Below are positions 26,419 through 38,439 of a stretch of DNA of 64,000 nucleotides, in pieces. The stretch is from contig CAZYGG010000002.1 of NCBI GenBank assembly GCA_964647585.1, positions 89,735 through 153,734 of the forward strand, read 5' to 3'. Below the pieces are notes generated by a model. The model ran no database searches, had not been told where the DNA came from, and was given only the letters and a program-made list of their open reading frames with translations. The translations under genes were made by a program, and so were the position numbers. The stretch is from an uncultured Desulfobacterales bacterium (lineage in GTDB: Bacteria > Desulfobacterota > Desulfobacteria > Desulfobacterales > CAJINA01). Position 1 is the stretch's first letter; every line of letters starts with the position of its first letter.

Positions 26419-27624
26419 CTATTTTGTCGTTTGGCACTCATCTTTGTGCTTCTCGATAACCTGTGCAAGGGTCCGGATGGCCCGATCTATGGTTCGTTCA
26501 TCCGCCATGGTGTAATTCAGCCGCATGGTTTCGTGACCCTCGGCGGGGTCCGTGAAAAAGTATGTTCCCGGGACGAACGCCACGTTCTGTTCAATTGATT
26601 TATAGTAGAGCTTTTCCATATCCAGTCCCCGGGGCCCTGCGGCCCACAGGAACATCCCCCCCTCCGGGCGGGACCAGCTGAAATCCACCGGAAAGTAACG
26701 ATCCAGGGCATTCAGCATGGCCTCTTGTTTCGGCCGGTACAGGGCAATGATGCGGGGCAGGTGGTCTTCCAGGTAATTGCCGGTGAGGTATTCAGCGGCC
26801 AGGGCCTGATTAAAGGTGCTGGTATGCAGATCAACCCCCTGCTTGACGATGACCAGCCAGCGGGCGATTTCATCCGGGGCCGCGCAGAACCCGATCCGCA
26901 GGCCGGGGGCAAAGACCTTGGACAACGTACTGATGTAAACCACGTTATCCGGCGCCAGTGTTTTTATGGACGGGACTGCCTGTCCGCGGTAACGCAGGGC
27001 GCCGTAAGGATCATCTTCCACTAAAAGGGCGTCATGCCGGGTAATGATTTCAGCGATGTGCTGCCGGCGCTCCAGGGGCAGTGTCCGCCCTGTGGGGTTT
27101 TGAAAGGTGGGCACCAGGTAGATGAACTTGACCCGGTGCTGCTGCAGCGTTTCTTCAAGCGATGCGGGAATCAGGCCGTCCTCATCGGTATCCATGCGGA
27201 TGTAGTCCGGTTCATAGGGGTCGAACGCCTGCAAAGCCCCCAGATAGGTGGGTGCTTCCACGGCAATGGGGTCCCCTTTGGAAATCAGGATTTTGCCCAG
27301 GGCATCCAGAACTCCCTGGGAGCCGCTGGCCACCAGCACATCTTCAGCCGAGACCGGGATATCTTGTTCCTGGAGGTAAACGGCGAGTGCCGCGCGCAGG
27401 GGCCCGAAACCTTCGGTCGGGTCATACTGAAAGGCGCTGGAGCCGTACCGGGTAATGACCCGGGCGGTCAAATCGCTGATGATTCCCATGGGGAAACTCT
27501 CCGGGGCGGGGATCCCGCCGGCCAGAGAGACCATGCCGGGTCGGGAGACAACTTTCAGGATCTCCCGGATCGCGCTGGCATCCATATCTTTTGTCCGGTC
27601 AGCAAGCAGGTTTTCTATGTTCAT
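26419..27624 (-). CDS. PLP-dependent aminotransferase (class I/II, AspC/LysN-like)
   Basis: Has DASAIREILKV at the N-terminus and the PLP-lysine context STLSKVFAPGLRIGF. Confidence 0.85.
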   Translation of the reverse strand: MNIENLLADRTKDMDASAIREILKVVSRPGMVSLAGGIPAPESFPMGIISDLTARVITRYGSSAFQYDPTEGFGPLRAALAVYLQEQDIPVSAEDVLVASGSQGVLDALGKILISKGDPIAVEAPTYLGALQAFDPYEPDYIRMDTDEDGLIPASLEETLQQHRVKFIYLVPTFQNPTGRTLPLERRQHIAEIITRHDALLVEDDPYGALRYRGQAVPSIKTLAPDNVVYISTLSKVFAPGLRIGFCAAPDEIARWLVIVKQGVDLHTSTFNQALAAEYLTGNYLEDHLPRIIALYRPKQEAMLNALDRYFPVDFSWSRPEGGMFLWAAGPRGLDMEKLYYKSIEQNVAFVPGTYFFTDPAEGHETMRLNYTMADERTIDRAIRTLAQVIEKHKDECQTTK

Positions 27625-27731
27625 CGTCTGTTCCTCATTTCAAGTGGGCTATTGTCAATTCATATCAGACCTGCTAAACAATAACAGATACAGAATTTTA
27701 AATATATATGCATAACAGATGAAAGGGCGCC

Positions 27732-29180
27732 ATGGCATCCAACACGAACACCGGTTCGGTGAATTTCAGATACCAGAAGCTTGCCGGAGAGATTGAAAAT
27801 AAAGTAAATTCAGGGATTTACCTGACGGGAGAAAAACTACCTTCCATCCGGAAACTCCACGTCCAGACGGGGTTGTCCATCACAACGGTCTACCAGGCCT
27901 TTATCGAGCTTGAAAAGCGGGGCATCGTGGAAGCCCGCCAGAAATCGGGATACTATGTCAAACCACTCCAGCACCACATACTCCCCACCCCGAAAATCAA
28001 GCGGCACCGGGCGGTGCCCAAGCGGGTAACCATCAGCAACCTGGCCAGTTCCATTGTAGAATCCATGGGTGATCCCGGCATGCTGCGCCTGGGAGGCACG
28101 GTGGTGGACCCGGAACTGCTGCCCTATAAGCAGTTGATGGCTTCGGTCAAATCAATTCCGGCCAAACGCTTCAAAGATCTTTTGACCCTGTACGAAAATC
28201 CCATGGGCAGTGCGCAACTGCGCCGTCAGATTGCCAAGCGCACCCTGCCCATTTCCCAGCGTGCCTCCCCGGACGACATCGTCATTACCAACGGGTGTAT
28301 CGAGGCGGTGAGCCTCTGCCTGCAGGCCATTGCAGGGCCGGGGGAAACCATCGTGGTGGAGTCCCCGACTTACCCGTGGATTCTCCAGGTCATCGAGGAC
28401 CAGGGTATGTTTGCCCTGGAACTCTCCACCGATCCCGAAACCGGTGTGGATCTTGAGTCTTTTAAAGCGGCGGTGGATCGCAACCGGGTCAGCGGCTGTA
28501 TCCTGATTCCCAACTTTCACAATCCCCTGGGATTTGAGATGCCGGTTGAAAGTAAACGGGAGCTGGTCAAATTTCTGAACACGCGGGAACTTCCCATTAT
28601 AGAAGATGATATCCACGGGGATCTTTTTTTCGACCGCCGCCGTCCCGTGGCCATGCAGTCGTTTGATAAGAAGGGTCTGGTGCTCTACTGTTCTTCCTTT
28701 TCCAAAACCCTGTCACCGGGGGTGCGCATCGGGTGGGCAATTCCGGGGCGCTTCCGGGAGCAGGTAAAACGGTTGAAGCTCAATACCTCGATCGCCACCG
28801 CCTCCATGGGCCAGCACCTGGTGGCCGAATTTTTAAAGAGCGGCAGCTACGACCGGCATCTGCGGAGGCTGCGGACAGCCCTGAAAAACCAGGCCAGCAA
28901 CACGGCCATGGCCGTGGCCCGGCACTTTCCGGAAGGTACCCGGATCACCGCGCCCAAAGGCGGCCTGACCCTGTGGCTGGAACTCGATCCGGCGGTGGAC
29001 GGCATGCAGGTGTTCCACGAAGCCCGCAAGCGCAAGATCGCGATCCTGCCAGGGATCATGTGCTCTACCACTAAGAAGTATAAGAATTTTATCCGGATCA
29101 GCTGCGGTTTTCGCTGGAGCGAAGAGATAGAAAGGGGCATTGCTACCCTGGGGAATATCGTGCAGGGATTGAAGGCGTGA
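27732..29180 (+). CDS. MocR/PdxR-type GntR-family regulator with an aminotransferase-like domain
   Basis: The N-terminal winged HTH is KLPSIRKLHVQTGLSITTVYQAFIELEKRGIV. The C-terminal fold-type I domain has SFSKTLSPGVRIGW. It is divergent from the aminotransferase gene. Confidence 0.85.
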   Translation: MASNTNTGSVNFRYQKLAGEIENKVNSGIYLTGEKLPSIRKLHVQTGLSITTVYQAFIELEKRGIVEARQKSGYYVKPLQHHILPTPKIKRHRAVPKRVTISNLASSIVESMGDPGMLRLGGTVVDPELLPYKQLMASVKSIPAKRFKDLLTLYENPMGSAQLRRQIAKRTLPISQRASPDDIVITNGCIEAVSLCLQAIAGPGETIVVESPTYPWILQVIEDQGMFALELSTDPETGVDLESFKAAVDRNRVSGCILIPNFHNPLGFEMPVESKRELVKFLNTRELPIIEDDIHGDLFFDRRRPVAMQSFDKKGLVLYCSSFSKTLSPGVRIGWAIPGRFREQVKRLKLNTSIATASMGQHLVAEFLKSGSYDRHLRRLRTALKNQASNTAMAVARHFPEGTRITAPKGGLTLWLELDPAVDGMQVFHEARKRKIAILPGIMCSTTKKYKNFIRISCGFRWSEEIERGIATLGNIVQGLKA

Positions 29181-29251
29181 TTTTTTTTCATAGGCGGAGG
29201 CGTAAAACCGCTCTCTCCTGCGGGAGGGATTAGAGGGAGGCGGATCAGAAC

Positions 29252-29338
29252 CGTAGGTTGGGTTGAATGTAATGAAACCCAACATCAGCGGTGCTGTTTG
29301 AGCAAGCGTTGGGTCCGCTACGCTTAACCCAACCTACG
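29252..29338. repeat. Family E inverted repeat
   Basis: cgtaggttgggttgaatgtaatgaaacccaac ... gttgggtccgctacgcttaacccaacctacg. Only one copy is in the window. Confidence 0.7.
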
Positions 29339-29380
29339 ACTGGTTGATGACGTGCGGTTAATCTCAACGTCGATATTGTG

Positions 29381-29503
29381 CTCCCCTCCCTTGACGGGAG
29401 GGGTTGGGGGAGGGTGATCTGCCCTCAAAGTACATCTTTTGAGCCACATCAAGGCAGCCCAACAGCACCCCCACCCGGACGCCCCCGTCAAGGGGGAGGA
29501 GAA
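29381..29503. repeat. Family A GC-rich imperfect palindrome, copy 3 (inverted orientation)
   Basis: ctcccctcccttgacgggaggggttgggggagggtga ... aacagcacccccacccggacgcccccgtcaagggggaggagaa is the reverse complement of the copy 2 arms. Confidence 0.85.
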
Positions 29504-29591
29504 AAAACCGGCTCCGGCCGGCTGCTCAGGATTGCGGGCATGATGTTTTATTAAAAAAAGAGGTTCGCGGGCGCCATTGAGACGCTGGGGA

Positions 29592-31421
<1,830 letters not shown>

Positions 31422-31616
31422 AGTATCCCTCTGCTTTTTAATTTTAATTGGTGGCAAAATAAGCACTGGGGTTCCAATTGCAACCGGAAAGGCGCCGGCT
31501 TCGATCTCCATAAAGATTTGACGAGATAATATCGCAATGATAACAAATGGCTTCTAACCATACTTGGAGTAGGCAAACTGAAAAGAAGCCCCACATCCGC
31601 AGACCGCCGCAACCTG

Positions 31617-32129
31617 ATGACGGATATCCGCCGAACCATGTCCGGAGAACTGGCGACGGCGCTGCGGGTCTGCGAAAACATGGGGCCGGGAGATGCCGCC
31701 GAGGCGGAGCAATTGATCGCGGCGCTGGGGGCCATCAAACGACAGGTTGAAGATCGGGCCGCATTGCTCGGCTATTCAGAAAGGTGCCGTCAGGCGATTG
31801 CCGTATGCCGGGGTGAATGCTGCCGTTGGCATTTCCCCAAAACAATCAACCGAATTGATTTCTTGATAGCCGTTTTCGGCATGACCGACACCGAAAAAGA
31901 GGCCGTCGTGAAGCAGGTGCAGCCTGTGGAAAGCCCGGCTTACCGTTGTCCCCTGCTGTGCGACGACGGCTGCATATTTTCATTTGCAAACCGGCCGGTT
32001 GTCTGTACAAATGCCTTTCCCTGTATGGCCGGAGCCGACTTCTGGCAATACAAAGAAAGGTTCAGAGAAGACATTGACGCCATCCGTTCGGCGTTGGGCA
32101 GCCTCACTGATAAAGCTGGTGACCGATGA
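31617..32129 (+). CDS. Cysteine-rich hypothetical protein (YkgJ-like C-terminal motif)
   Basis: Contains CRGECCRWHFP and CPLLCDDGCIFSFANRPVVCTNAFPC. The 3' end overlaps the next gene. Confidence 0.55.
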   Translation: MTDIRRTMSGELATALRVCENMGPGDAAEAEQLIAALGAIKRQVEDRAALLGYSERCRQAIAVCRGECCRWHFPKTINRIDFLIAVFGMTDTEKEAVVKQVQPVESPAYRCPLLCDDGCIFSFANRPVVCTNAFPCMAGADFWQYKERFREDIDAIRSALGSLTDKAGDR

Positions 32130-33234
32130 GGGTATCGAGGGATACGCGGCCGGTTCGGCCATGGGCAAAGAGCGCCAGGGTCTGGGTGATTTGCTGGGCG
32201 GGTACCTGATGGGGGCCGACCCCACGGATATCGATCGGGTACAGGGCCTGCTTAAGCAGGCCGGGTTTTTAGGGTGGCGCAATTTTTGGATAGAGCCCGC
32301 CTGCTGGGACATCCTGGGCAAGAAAAAGGGTAAGCCGGTTTATGAATTGCTGGGCGGCGAAGCGCGCCCGGTACCGGTCTACTGTTCAACCGGTGAAATG
32401 CGCGACCCCGCTCGGCGGGCCGAAGGGCTCCAGGCCATGCAGGCGCGTGGATTCAAAACCGCCAAACTGCGGGTCAAGAGTGTTGCGCTCAAAGATGATA
32501 TTGCCAATATAGAGGAAATTCGTAAAAGAGTGGGCGACGAACTGGTGCTGGGTGTCGATGCCAACCAGGGCTGGCTGGTTTCAATCGTGGACCGGGTGCC
32601 GGCCTGGGACTTGAAAAGGGCCACCGAATTTGCCGCGGCCTGCCACGCCAACGGCCTGGAGTGGCTGGAAGAGCCCTTGGACTCAAGGGATTATGACGGA
32701 AACGCGGCCCTTAAAAAGGTGGCGCAAATCAAAATTTCCGGGGCCGAATTGAACTATGGCTGGGATGAGATCAAGATCATGTTTGAAAAGGACTGTTTTG
32801 ATGTCTACCAGCCGGATGCTACCTTTGCAGGCGGAATCGCCCAGGTAAAAAAGGTGCTCGACCGCTGCCGGGAAACCGGGTGGCTTTTTTCACCCCACAC
32901 CTGGACCAACGGGATCGGGTTTTATGTGAACTGGAACATGGTCCTGGCCGATAAGGAGAACCGCCTGCCGCTGGAGTACCCACTGGAGGAACCGTCCTGG
33001 ATACCGGAGTTCCGGGACGGGATCATCGCGCCGATTCTGCCGGATAATAACGGCATGCTGCCGCCTTTTACCCGGCCGGGGCTGGGCTTTGAGATTGATA
33101 AAAAGCTGCTCAAAAAATACGGGCGGCGATTTTTCAAGATGACTGAAACCCGCTTGAAACTGAAGGTCATCCGGGAAAAAGGGCTGAAAGCGGCCCTGGA
33201 CCTGAAAAAAAGAAAGGATGGTCAGGTCGGCTGA
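31984..33234 (+). CDS. Enolase-superfamily enzyme (mandelate racemase / muconate lactonizing enzyme family)
   Basis: Motifs are LIKLVTDEGIEGYAAG, KLRV, GVDANQGW and LEWLEEPL. The start is uncertain (31984, 32011 or the GTG at 32118). Confidence 0.75.
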   Translation: MQTGRLSVQMPFPVWPEPTSGNTKKGSEKTLTPSVRRWAASLIKLVTDEGIEGYAAGSAMGKERQGLGDLLGGYLMGADPTDIDRVQGLLKQAGFLGWRNFWIEPACWDILGKKKGKPVYELLGGEARPVPVYCSTGEMRDPARRAEGLQAMQARGFKTAKLRVKSVALKDDIANIEEIRKRVGDELVLGVDANQGWLVSIVDRVPAWDLKRATEFAAACHANGLEWLEEPLDSRDYDGNAALKKVAQIKISGAELNYGWDEIKIMFEKDCFDVYQPDATFAGGIAQVKKVLDRCRETGWLFSPHTWTNGIGFYVNWNMVLADKENRLPLEYPLEEPSWIPEFRDGIIAPILPDNNGMLPPFTRPGLGFEIDKKLLKKYGRRFFKMTETRLKLKVIREKGLKAALDLKKRKDGQVG

Positions 33235-33361
33235 AGAACTCCTTTTAGTTCTGATCTAAACCCTCCAACACTGGGAGAGGTTCTACCGACCCGGGGGAGA
33301 AATCGGCGGCTGCAATTCCTACATGAGCATATTGGTCCTGCTTGCCACAATGTAAGGTTGC

Positions 33362-33522
33362 GTTACTTTTCTTTTCCGAAAAAGAAAAGTAACCAAAAGA
33401 AATAGCCCTGTTACGCGGTCCTGCGGGCTGCCCTGCGCTTCTCGGAAAGGGCGGGCTCAGCGCAACTCGCTCCGCTCAAACAGCACTTCGCCTGCCTCGC
33501 CCTTTCCTGTGATGCTCGGCGC
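33362..33522. repeat. Family F structured repeat, copy 1
   Basis: Begins with the hairpin gttacttttcttttccgaaaaagaaaagtaac, then ...cttctcggaaagggcgggctcagcgcaactcgctccgctcaaacagcacttcgcc...ccctttcctgtgatgctcggcgc. It is roughly 85% identical by eye to 39646-39806. Confidence 0.85.
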
Positions 33523-33776
33523 GTCACAAAGGGGAAAAGTCAAAACTAAATGATCGTCAGCCCCCTTTCAGGGGGCATCCTGATGCCTCCCGCTCTGCAG
33601 GAGGAGCATCACTCCCACTATTGCCCTTACCACTCATTGATATTACAAAAATGAACGTACAAAACACAATAATTACAAATTTGTATATAATGGCTTTATG
33701 GAGGCCTCATTTGGATGACTTAAATAACACATGTTATATCAAAGTATTATAGAAAATTACACTTATCTACAGATGG

Positions 33777-33792
33777 TGGCATGCTCCTTGCT
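33777..33792 (+). promoter_or_regulatory. Sigma-54 (-24/-12) promoter upstream of glnB
   Basis: TGGCAT-gctcc-TTGCT has the canonical GG/GC spacing. It lies 53 nt upstream of the glnB ATG. Confidence 0.65.
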
Positions 33793-33844
33793 GATTAGCT
33801 GGGCACCCTGGGAAAAACTCAAATTGAAATTCTGGAGGCTGTAA

Positions 33845-34183
<339 letters not shown>

Positions 34184-34197
34184 GGGCGTTAAACTTG

Positions 34198-34234
34198 CGG
34201 GTTCCGTTCCAAACACCTTTTGGAACGGAACCCG
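34198..34234. terminator. Hairpin with a 16-bp stem between convergent glnB and trxA (likely bidirectional terminator)
   Basis: cgggttccgttccaaa-cacct-tttggaacggaacccg. Confidence 0.65.
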
Positions 34235-34270
34235 GTGTTATTATAACTGTCTGTTTGCGGTTTTTTATAA

Positions 34271-34624
34271 TTAAACGAACGGCGAGGCTCCCCCGCCGGC
34301 GAGTACGTTCTTGATGGACTCTTCGACCTTCTGACGTGCCACCATTCCCGTAATCTGTTCCATTACTTTGCCATCTTTGAAAAAAATCAGGGTCGGTATC
34401 GACTTGATTCCAAATTTTCCAGGGGTAACCGGGTTGTCATCCACGTTGCATTTGGTAAAAAGCATCTGGTCGCCATAGCTGCCGGACAGATCTTCGAGCA
34501 GGGGGCCGATTGCTTTGCAGGGGCCGCACCAGGGCGCCCAGAAATCTACAATCACCGGTTTGCCGGATTCCACCACTTCCTTTTCAAAATTGTCATCCGT
34601 AATTTCCATAAAAGATTCGGCCAT
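34271..34624 (-). CDS. trxA: Thioredoxin
   Basis: Has the WAPWCGPCK active site. Length 117 aa. Confidence 0.92.
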   Translation of the reverse strand: MAESFMEITDDNFEKEVVESGKPVIVDFWAPWCGPCKAIGPLLEDLSGSYGDQMLFTKCNVDDNPVTPGKFGIKSIPTLIFFKDGKVMEQITGMVARQKVEESIKNVLAGGGASPFV

Positions 34625-34710
34625 GTTTTCTCCTGTGTTTTCTCTGGTTAACTCTGGTTATAAATTTCGCATCCATACATCCAAATTACATTAATTCTTT
34701 TTTGAGATAG

Positions 34711-34842
34711 CTCAGGGGTCGGGGAGTTTTTATCGTCATGCCGGCGCAGGCCGGCATCCAGGGCCCTCAACTTTTGACGGACTGGATTCCGGCCTTCGCC
34801 GGAATGACGGGTATTTGGGCCGAAAACTCCCCGACTGCTCAG
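34711..34842. repeat. Family C repeat, copy 3
   Basis: ctcaggggtcggggagtttttatcgtcatgccggcgcaggccggcatccag...tggattccggccttcgccggaatgacggg...aaaactccccgactgctcag. It is preceded by a solo family G TIR-like motif, ttttttgagatagctc (34698-34713). Confidence 0.8.
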
Positions 34843-35184
34843 ATAGCTTATAGTACTACTATATCCGCCGCGGAGGAGCGGACCTGGCGATCCGGGATGG
34901 CTACGTTGCGCCATATGTGGTTCCACCCTTTTTAAAGTCGTTGCGGACTTGCCACGCGGGTCCTCCTCGGACTGTCAAAAATAGGTACGCTATCCGAGAT
35001 TGTCAACGGGAACTGATGGCAGAAGGGAGCCCGGGGGCACAACATAAAATAACAAAAATGTTAAGAAAAGCCTGAAAATTACAAAATAGTATAATTGGGC
35101 GTTGGGCTTTTTCTGCCCCTCGTATGGTTCAAATACTCAATTAAAAAAATATGTTGGCATTGATTTTCCGAACGCGAAAAAGTT

Positions 35185-35200
35185 TGGCATAGCCTTTGCT
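35185..35200 (+). promoter_or_regulatory. Sigma-54 (-24/-12) promoter upstream of amtB
   Basis: TGGCAT-agcct-TTGCT, the same layout as the glnB promoter. It lies about 120 nt upstream of the amtB ATG. Confidence 0.6.
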
Positions 35201-35322
35201 CTAACTCAGGGCAATAATTTTTTGTTGCAGTTCCCGCAGGGCGGGCGGCTGCTTACTCCCAGGGTGTTAAAACGATTGGAACCAAAATTTTAATTAATAG
35301 ATTCAAACAGGAGAGAAGACAA

Positions 35323-36741
35323 ATGCGGAAACTTATCTTATCACTACTGATAACACTACTGAGTTGTACATACGCCTGGGCAGGTGACCCTGAGCCCACC
35401 GTCCTTTCAAACAAAGAAGCCATTGACCTTGTACAGAATCACGCCAATTACCTGTGGACCCTGGTAGCCGCCTGCCTGGTATTTTTTATGCAGGCCGGGT
35501 TTGCCCTGGTGGAATCTGGTTTCACCCGGGCGAAAAACGCGGTCAACATCATGATGAAAAACCTGATGGATTTTTCCATCGGCAGCATCGCCTTCTGGGC
35601 CGTCGGTTTCGGCATTATGTTCGGCGCCAGCAAAACCGGCTGGTTCGGGACTTCGGGATTTTTCCTGAGCGACTTTACGCCGGATGGTGATCCCTGGGTA
35701 CTTGCTTTCTGGATGTTCCAGGTTGTGTTCGCGGCCACGGCGGCTACCATTGTTTCCGGTGCCATGGCGGAACGCACCAGGTTTCAGGGCTACATTCTCT
35801 ATAGTATCTTCATCAGCGCGCTTATCTACCCGGTGTTCGGCAGCTGGGCCTGGGGCAGTCTGTTAAACGGCAGCGGCTGGTTGGAGGGATTTGGATTCAT
35901 CGATTTTGCCGGTTCCACCGTGGTTCACTCCGTGGGCGGCTGGGCAGCCCTGGCCGGTGCCATCGTTCTTGGCCCTCGTCTGGGTAAATATATGCCAGAC
36001 GGAAAAATTAAACCGATCCTCGGGCACAACATGCCGCTGGCTGCCCTGGGCGTTTTCATTCTCTGGCTGGGATGGTTCGGTTTCAACCCCGGGTCCACCA
36101 CCACGGCCGATACGAGCATTGCCATGATATTCGTAAACACGAACCTGGCTGCTGCTGCCGGTGCCATTGCCGCCCTGGCGACGTCCTGGATTAAATTCGG
36201 GAAGTCAGAAATCGGCATGAGTTTAAACGGTGCCCTGGCGGGCCTGGTGGGAATTACCGCCGGCTGCGCCAATGTAACGCCTAACAGTTCAATCATCATT
36301 GGTTTGGTGGCGGGCGTCCTGGTGGTCTTTTCGGTACTGTTTTTCGATAAGATCAAAGTAGATGATCCGGTCGGTGCTATTTCCGTACACGGTGTATGCG
36401 GTGCCTGGGGAACCCTGGCTGCCGGTATCTTCAACATCGGCGGGACTTCCGCAAAGATCATCGGCGTCCAGCTGCTCGGCATCAGCGCCTGTTTTCTGTG
36501 GGTCTTTCCGGCGGCTTTCATTCTGTTCAAACTCATTGACAAAACGGTTGGCCTGCGGGTGAGCCCGGAAGAAGAACTCGCTGGTCTGGATATCACCGAA
36601 CACGGTGGCAACGCGTATCCCGACTTTGAGGTTATGACTTATGGAGGAACCGGGATATCAGAAGCCATGGCGGGCATGCAGCCTGTTGGCGCAACAACAA
36701 CCCAAGCTACCTCGTCTGCTCCCCAGACGGAAGGTGCCTAA
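35323..36741 (+). CDS. amtB: Ammonium transporter (Amt family) with a signal peptide
   Basis: Motifs are MQAGFALVESG and DFAGSTVVHSVGGW, with 11 TM segments. The RBS is GGAGAG. Confidence 0.92.
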   Translation: MRKLILSLLITLLSCTYAWAGDPEPTVLSNKEAIDLVQNHANYLWTLVAACLVFFMQAGFALVESGFTRAKNAVNIMMKNLMDFSIGSIAFWAVGFGIMFGASKTGWFGTSGFFLSDFTPDGDPWVLAFWMFQVVFAATAATIVSGAMAERTRFQGYILYSIFISALIYPVFGSWAWGSLLNGSGWLEGFGFIDFAGSTVVHSVGGWAALAGAIVLGPRLGKYMPDGKIKPILGHNMPLAALGVFILWLGWFGFNPGSTTTADTSIAMIFVNTNLAAAAGAIAALATSWIKFGKSEIGMSLNGALAGLVGITAGCANVTPNSSIIIGLVAGVLVVFSVLFFDKIKVDDPVGAISVHGVCGAWGTLAAGIFNIGGTSAKIIGVQLLGISACFLWVFPAAFILFKLIDKTVGLRVSPEEELAGLDITEHGGNAYPDFEVMTYGGTGISEAMAGMQPVGATTTQATSSAPQTEGA

Positions 36742-36903
36742 ACTGCGCGCGGGGTGAATCCCCGCAGCAGTGTAATCCCCCAAGTAGGCTCCACAGACCC
36801 GGGTGTGTCGAACACGCCCGGGTCATTTTTTCCCTTTCAAGATCGCATCTTGCCCGTTGGCATTATAGCAATTCCCAAAAAAATGTTTCGATTGGTCGAT
36901 CCT

Positions 36904-37023
36904 GTCATTCTGAGGAGTGTAACCAGTCTTCGCCAAAGGCTACGCCCGGCAGGCGACGAAGAATTCCTTACAATGAAAGATAACCTTGGCATGCGGGGGA
37001 CTCTTCGCTACGCTCAGAGTGAC
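36904..37023. repeat. Family B repeat, copy 3 (with an internal insertion)
   Basis: gtcattctgaggag[...34-nt insertion...]gcgacgaagaattcc ... gggggactcttcgctacgctcagagtgac. Confidence 0.75.
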
Positions 37024-37085
37024 AAAATAACGCAACGTATTTATGAAAATAGGTATAGATGGTGGCAGCCTCTCTTTCGGCGACT

Positions 37086-37475
37086 TTAAATCAACCCTTT
37101 TTCAATCAGGCTTCTGGCAAGTTCGATATCGGCGGGCAGCAGGTCATACGCCAGCAGGTCGGCCTTTCCAGCCCAGGCGCAGCGGTCGTGGGCCACGGGA
37201 ACGATCTGGCCGGCCAGCCAGGTTGCGTGGTAAGCCTGGATGTGGAAGGCGCGGTCTGCCCGCCGGTGGATACTGGCGGCCACAAAATCTCCGACGTTTA
37301 TTTGTATGCTGAACTCTTCTTCCATTTCCCGGGCCAGGCAGCCCCGGTGGGTTTCACCACCTTCAACCTTACCCCCGGGAAATTCCCACTTTCCGGCCAG
37401 TGGGGGCGGGGCTTTGCGTCGGGCGATCAGGACTTTTTCCTCTTGGATTAGGAATGCAGCGGCAACTTCTATCAT
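37086..37475 (-). CDS. mutT: Nudix hydrolase, MutT-type 8-oxo-dGTP diphosphatase
   Basis: 129 aa, with the Nudix box GGKVEGGETHRGCLAREMEEEFSI and KWEFPGG. Confidence 0.85.
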   Translation of the reverse strand: MIEVAAAFLIQEEKVLIARRKAPPPLAGKWEFPGGKVEGGETHRGCLAREMEEEFSIQINVGDFVAASIHRRADRAFHIQAYHATWLAGQIVPVAHDRCAWAGKADLLAYDLLPADIELARSLIEKGLI

Positions 37476-37601
37476 AGTGCCTGTTTATCTACCCTGCCCG
37501 CATACGGCTGTCAATTGGTATACCTCCCCGGCGGATTGACTTTGAAAGAACGATTTGCGATAGTGCGTTTTCAAAGAAAATAACTACAGGGGAGACGTCA
37601 A

Positions 37602-38258
37602 ATGCCCACACCCGCCTCAGTTAAAGCCCTGGAAAACCTCAGGGACCTTTCAACGCTGCAGTGGTACGTGATTCCACTGCTGGCAATTGTTCTTTACATT
37701 TATGCAACGGAAATAAAGAAGGCCAGAAGCAGCGGTAACTGGAACGCGGTTTTTGCCGGGCTTACCGTATTTGGCATGGATTTTATCAACGAGACCTGGA
37801 ACGGGTGGGTCTTTCACCTCAGCCAGCGCAGCGCCTGCTGGACGGCCCCCGGAGAAACGGCGCTGCGGACCATGGTAGGGTGGAATATTGAGATTATGTT
37901 CATGTTCGCCATTGCCGGCCTCATTTTTTACAACACCCTTTCAGAGAAGAAAGGGGATAAAATTCTCGGCCTTCCAGACCCCTGGTTCTGGGCCGTCGGC
38001 TATTCCGTCTTCTGCGTGTTCGTCGAATGTCTGTTGAACATCGGCGGCCACCTGGTGTGGGAGTATCCCTGGTGGCACCGATCTTTTAAGGGTGTATGGC
38101 TGATTTTTTTCTTCGGGTATTTTCATTTTTTTGCTGCGGCCACCATTGTGATCGGGCTGAAGAAGATAAAGACCAAGATAATTGTCGTCAGCAGCCTCTA
38201 CGTCATTGCTATCGTAGCCAACATTGTGGCTATGGGGTTGTTGGGCTGGAAATACTAG
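37602..38258 (+). CDS. Hypothetical polytopic membrane protein (218 aa)
   Basis: A good RBS (GGGGAG) and about six hydrophobic segments. I recognised no family. Confidence 0.6.
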   Translation: MPTPASVKALENLRDLSTLQWYVIPLLAIVLYIYATEIKKARSSGNWNAVFAGLTVFGMDFINETWNGWVFHLSQRSACWTAPGETALRTMVGWNIEIMFMFAIAGLIFYNTLSEKKGDKILGLPDPWFWAVGYSVFCVFVECLLNIGGHLVWEYPWWHRSFKGVWLIFFFGYFHFFAAATIVIGLKKIKTKIIVVSSLYVIAIVANIVAMGLLGWKY

Positions 38259-38439
38259 CAGCGGTTTTAAAACCTCCCCTCGGGCCCAATCTCTGCGTTG
38301 GGCCGAGGTGTTCAATCCTCGAAATATTACATATATTCCTCCGGTTGAACGCCTCGTCCCGCCTTGACCTTGAACCCGATTGAAGGTTTGTAAACCGCTT
38401 CTATATATACATTCAAGATTTAACCTTCGGGAGGATGGG

